A stretch of 64,000 bases of DNA from Vicinamibacterales bacterium. Its GTDB lineage: Bacteria > Acidobacteriota > Vicinamibacteria > Vicinamibacterales > UBA2999. Shown here one piece after another: positions 60,441 through 64,000 of this stretch (its first letter is position 1; the number at the start of each line of letters is the position of its first letter). The notes below the pieces were generated by a model. The model saw only the letters and a program-made list of their open reading frames with translations, had not been told where the DNA came from and ran no database searches. Position numbers and translations under genes: made by a program. The stretch covers positions 6,450 to 70,449 of the forward strand of contig DATLLC010000042.1 in assembly GCA_035538015.1 (NCBI GenBank), read 5' to 3'.

Positions 60441-63125
60441 GCGCACCGGTATCCAGAACGTCGTCTTCACGACGAACAGGTTGGGCCCCGGCGCCGTCAC
60501 CGAGCGGAACATGTCGCGGACGCCCACAAGGTCGCCAATCACCTCGGTGTTGGAGAGGCTTTGCTGCCACACCACAAACAGCGTGCTGCCGGGCCGCCAT
60601 TCCCAACGCAGGACGACGTTGGAACGGTACGAGAGACTGTTGAAGTCGCGGTTCCGTAGTGTGAACGTCGAGCCGTCCGCGGTCACCGTCTGGCTGCCGT
60701 CCGGATTCGTGACGAGCGTCGTGCCGTTGGTGCCGTACAGCAGACGTTCCCGGCTCTGCGGAGCCAGCAGCTCGCCGTAATCGTAGTAGTGGCCGGACGC
60801 TGCGAAGGGCTCGGCGTACACGTCGAGGTTCATGTCGGGCTTGACGGTGTAGCCCATGCGGAAGCGTGTGGAAATGGTGCTGCGGTCGATGTAGCCGAAG
60901 ACGTAGCGCGAGCCGTAGGTCTCCGGGCGCCCGTTGGGCAGAGTGGTGACGTATTGCTGCGGCTCGGTCACGCGTTCGTAGAGCGGCTCGACCGAGAGCT
61001 GCCACCGCGGCGCGGGCCGGAACGACACCGTGCCCGTCACCCTCTGCTGGGACAACCCATCCTCGTTGTTGGCGAGAATGGCATTGGCCGTTAGGCGGGT
61101 CTGAGCCGCCAGCCGGTTGCCCAGGTTGATCTGCGTGTTCCAGCCCGGTCCCCGGCCCATGAGCGGGCCACCGCGCGTGAGCGAGACGCTGGTCAGCGTG
61201 GGCACACGCGCCACGGCCACCGAGGCTGTCCAGAAGTTGGCGAACGTCACGTTCATGGTTCCCCGCAGCCGCCCGTCCTGACGCAACATTCGCAGCGTGG
61301 CGTCGTTCGAGACGTCGAACTGGACGTAGTAATTGCGGAACAGACGGCCCGGCTGCGTCTCGCGGTAGCGGATGTTCCCGGCCATCAGCAGGCCGTCGGC
61401 GCCGGTCAGCTGCGCGAAGTCGTTGGTCTCGAAATTCACCGAGTCGATCTTGGTGTTGGCGCCCCACAGCCAATGCCGGCCACTCGTGCGATCGAAGTTC
61501 GCCTGCAGGGTCCAGCCGGGCAAGGACGTGAGCGTGCGGTCGAGGGGCGCGTAATCACGATCCGGGCGCTGTGCGAAGTGCGCGCTCGTCATCTGGACCC
61601 GGGTCATCGCCCCCTCGCTGCCGTTCACGAGCGACCCGCCCCCGGCGGCGCGGAACTCGTACTCGCCGCCCCTGAAGCGGAGCAGCGTATTGCCGGCCAG
61701 CGCGACGGCGTTGCGCGTGTAGATCGAGGCGAGGGGGTCGTCGTGGGCGAAGTCGCGATGGACCCAGCTGGCCAGGAGGCCAGCCGTCGAGGCGTTCGGC
61801 CCGAACTCCTGCAGCACTCTGGCCAGACCGTAGTACGCACGGGGCGCGACCCGGATGGTGCGGTCGGTCCCCATCTCCGCATTGGACACCTCCGCGGTCT
61901 CGCTGGAGGTCGCTGCGGCGAGGAACCCCAGCGAGGTTTTCGATGGCAGGCGTCCGGTCAGCTTCGTCGCGCCCAGGATGGTGGTGGACGAGGGATAGTC
62001 CACGAAGTCGTCCTGGGCTGGCCCGAGCGCGCGCGCGCCGATTCGCCGCGAGTAATAGAAGTTGGGGTGGCCGATGTTGAACAAGGCCGCACCCTCTATG
62101 AAGAACGGGCGCCGCTCGGTGAACCGCGTCTCGAAGGCCGTGAGATTCACCTCCGCCGGATCGGCTTCGACCTGGCCGAAGTCCGGGTTGATCGTGACGT
62201 CGAGCGTGAGGTTGGGTCCGATGCCGATCTTCATGTCCGCGCCGGCACGCGTATTGAGATTGGCACCTTGGAGGAACGGGTTGACTCCCGCCGACCGCCC
62301 GTAGAGCGTGGCCGCCTCCGCCACGTAGGGCAGCAGCTCGATGCGGCGGGCCGGCCGCACGTCCGCGACGCCCTGCAGGTCGCCGAACCTCGACGCCCAG
62401 GCACGGACGGTGCGCGGGATGAGCACCCAGGTGTCCTCCTCGTTGATGCTCGGGCGGAAGCGCTGGATGTTGAGGCCCCAGGTCAGGACCTCTTCCGGGT
62501 TGAAGCGCAGCTGGGTGAACGGGATCCACAGCTCGGCCGACCAGCCGTCGGCATCGATCGAGGTGCGCGCCCCCCACACGAGGTCGTAGCCGGCGTCGAA
62601 GGTCTCCTCGGTATCGGTGGCGTGATAGCGATCGAGGCGGACGCCGGACGCCGTGACCCCGAGGACGATCGAAGTGCGGCGGTCGAGGAAGGTATCGAGC
62701 GCGATGAGGATATGTTCGGCCTGGTCGGAAACGTCACGCCGGCCGAGCGGGGCCTGGATCTCACGTGCGTTTCGGGCCCACATGCGAGCCCCGACGTAGA
62801 AGGCGGCACCGTCGTAGGCGAAGCGCACTTCCATGTCGTCGGTGGGGCGCGCGCCCTGCTCCGGCTCCTTCTGGATGAAGTCGACGACGGCGGGCGTACG
62901 CACCCAGACGGCTTCGTCGAGCCGGCCGTCCACCCGGATCGTGTCGCTCTGGACGCGGGTCGCGGTGGCCCGCTTCCGCTCCGCTGGCGACGGAGGCTCC
63001 GAGCCGGCGATCGCGATCTGCCCGCCCGGCGCCGCGGGTGACTGCGCCGAGACCCCTCCCGGCCAGCCTCCCGCGAGCAGGGCTCCAGCACATAGGACGC
63101 GGCCAATCACACCGGCGCGGCGCAC
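60438..63125 (-). CDS. CBM9-like (DOMON-type) domain + DUF5916 beta-barrel outer-membrane protein
   Basis: 895 aa. Signal peptide, then DGRLDEAVW...FIQKEPEQGARPTDDMEVRFAYDGAAFYVGARM (family-9 carbohydrate-binding-like), and a long beta-rich C-terminus ending in an aromatic-rich strand. Confidence 0.8.
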   Translation of the reverse strand: MRRAGVIGRVLCAGALLAGGWPGGVSAQSPAAPGGQIAIAGSEPPSPAERKRATATRVQSDTIRVDGRLDEAVWVRTPAVVDFIQKEPEQGARPTDDMEVRFAYDGAAFYVGARMWARNAREIQAPLGRRDVSDQAEHILIALDTFLDRRTSIVLGVTASGVRLDRYHATDTEETFDAGYDLVWGARTSIDADGWSAELWIPFTQLRFNPEEVLTWGLNIQRFRPSINEEDTWVLIPRTVRAWASRFGDLQGVADVRPARRIELLPYVAEAATLYGRSAGVNPFLQGANLNTRAGADMKIGIGPNLTLDVTINPDFGQVEADPAEVNLTAFETRFTERRPFFIEGAALFNIGHPNFYYSRRIGARALGPAQDDFVDYPSSTTILGATKLTGRLPSKTSLGFLAAATSSETAEVSNAEMGTDRTIRVAPRAYYGLARVLQEFGPNASTAGLLASWVHRDFAHDDPLASIYTRNAVALAGNTLLRFRGGEYEFRAAGGGSLVNGSEGAMTRVQMTSAHFAQRPDRDYAPLDRTLTSLPGWTLQANFDRTSGRHWLWGANTKIDSVNFETNDFAQLTGADGLLMAGNIRYRETQPGRLFRNYYVQFDVSNDATLRMLRQDGRLRGTMNVTFANFWTASVAVARVPTLTSVSLTRGGPLMGRGPGWNTQINLGNRLAAQTRLTANAILANNEDGLSQQRVTGTVSFRPAPRWQLSVEPLYERVTEPQQYVTTLPNGRPETYGSRYVFGYIDRSTISTRFRMGYTVKPDMNLDVYAEPFAASGHYYDYGELLAPQSRERLLYGTNGTTLVTNPDGSQTVTADGSTFTLRNRDFNSLSYRSNVVLRWEWRPGSTLFVVWQQSLSNTEVIGDLVGVRDMFRSVTAPGPNLFVVKTTFWIPVR

Positions 63126-63131
63126 AGTCAG

Positions 63132-64000
63132 TTACTTCTTGGGCAACTCGAACACGTAGAGCGTGTGTCCGTAGGCCGGAGGCTGAATCTCCGGCGCGAT
63201 GGTTTGCGGCACGAGCCGGGGACTGCCGCCGCCCACGCCGGTGGTCACCGCAACGTACTGTCTGCCGTTGGCGGTGAAGCTGACCGGGTAACCCTGCACC
63301 GCGGTGTTGAGCCGCGTTTCCCAGAGCACATCGCCGGTGCGCACGTCGAGCGCGCGGAAGTAGCGCGAGAGATCGCCGATGAATACCACCCCTCCCCCGG
63401 TCGAGAGCGCCGCGGTCAAATAGGGGGCCCGCTGATCGCGCGTCCACACCTGGCGAAGCGTGTTCACGTCGTAGGCCGCGAGCTTGCCGATGTTGCCGTT
63501 GCTGCCGGGCATCTCGAAGAAGCGGCGCCCCGCCGCGGTCCCGCCGGACCCGGGCGTGAACTCCACCTTGCGCGCGGCAATCTCCATGCACGACTGCGAC
63601 AGCGGAATGATCAAAAGGCGTTCACCTGGGTGATAGCTCATCGCCTGCCAATTGTGTCCGCCCTCGGTGCTGGGGCACGCGCCCAGCCACTCGTCGATCT
63701 TGTGGTCCTTGATGTCGTCTCGGTACTCGGGCACGCCGGTCTCCGGATCGATGCGCGTGAACACGTTCTGGAACACGGTCTCGCGGTGCCCCATGAATCG
63801 GCCGGTTCGGCGATCGAGCTTCCACAGGATGCCGGCCTTGCCAATGTTGAAGACCACCTTGTCCTGGCCGATGTCCACCAGGACGCGCTCGAACACCTCG
63901 TCATGATCGAGCGATTCGGCCGGGATGTGCTGGTAGTGCCAGGCCAGCGTCCCGTCCGCACCGCGGAGCGCCACCGTCGAAGCGCCATACAGCGACGCAT
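63132..64000 (-). CDS. PQQ-dependent dehydrogenase, methanol/ethanol family, C-terminal part (partial, continues beyond the window end)
   Basis: The frame stays open upstream of the ORF-track start (…[25 protein letters not shown]…). C-terminal propeller blades; the protein ends ...YVFELPKK. Confidence 0.85.
   Translation of the reverse strand, partial: ASLYGASTVALRGADGTLAWHYQHIPAESLDHDEVFERVLVDIGQDKVVFNIGKAGILWKLDRRTGRFMGHRETVFQNVFTRIDPETGVPEYRDDIKDHKIDEWLGACPSTEGGHNWQAMSYHPGERLLIIPLSQSCMEIAARKVEFTPGSGGTAAGRRFFEMPGSNGNIGKLAAYDVNTLRQVWTRDQRAPYLTAALSTGGGVVFIGDLSRYFRALDVRTGDVLWETRLNTAVQGYPVSFTANGRQYVAVTTGVGGGSPRLVPQTIAPEIQPPAYGHTLYVFELPKK

Noticed and set aside
59491-61473. 660-aa minus-strand ORF
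   Set aside because: It spans the antisense of the PQQ dehydrogenase and an alternative frame of the CBM9/DUF5916 gene. The composition is junk-like and both overlapped genes have clear homology.

Overview
This is a high-GC, densely coding bacterial chromosome segment. I count about 54 protein genes on both strands, many joined by 4-bp ATGA/GTGA start-stop overlaps. I recognised no rRNA, tRNA, CRISPR array, transposase or phage gene.

The content is mostly core housekeeping:
- Outer-membrane biogenesis: tamB-bamA preceded by a split biotin carboxylase/BCCP pair.
- An acyl-CoA carboxyltransferase and hslVU.
- A Firmicute-like dprA-topA-trmFO-xerC block.
- rplU-rpmA-obg-nadD-rsfS-comF, plus tmk and lysA.
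- Regulators: two sigma-54 enhancer-binding response regulators (one with a PAS histidine kinase), two ECF-type sigma factors, and an HTH-REC regulator.
- Secreted redox and carbohydrate proteins: two PQQ dehydrogenases, a tetrahaem cytochrome, a GH63-like glucosidase, a CBM9/DUF5916 protein, an FG-GAP protein and an asparaginase.

An ADOP-type duplicated FtsX permease suggests Acidobacteriota. That is an inference.

Three things stand out:
1. A tightly packed operon of ECF sigma, STAS, an 89-aa acidic orphan and a radical-SAM enzyme. It has no recognisable anti-sigma or kinase. The radical-SAM protein has a permuted domain order and a non-canonical Cys motif.
2. A set of short-period (7 or 10 bp) degenerate tandem or palindromic arrays that fill nearly every convergent gene junction. 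Related NNGATTG copies flank the ADOP gene.
3. A Tat-signal PaiB-family flavoprotein next to a reaction-centre-type tetrahaem cytochrome.

Many long ORFs in the track are antisense or out-of-frame high-GC artefacts. All coordinates, repeat counts and similarities were read by eye, and no database search was possible.
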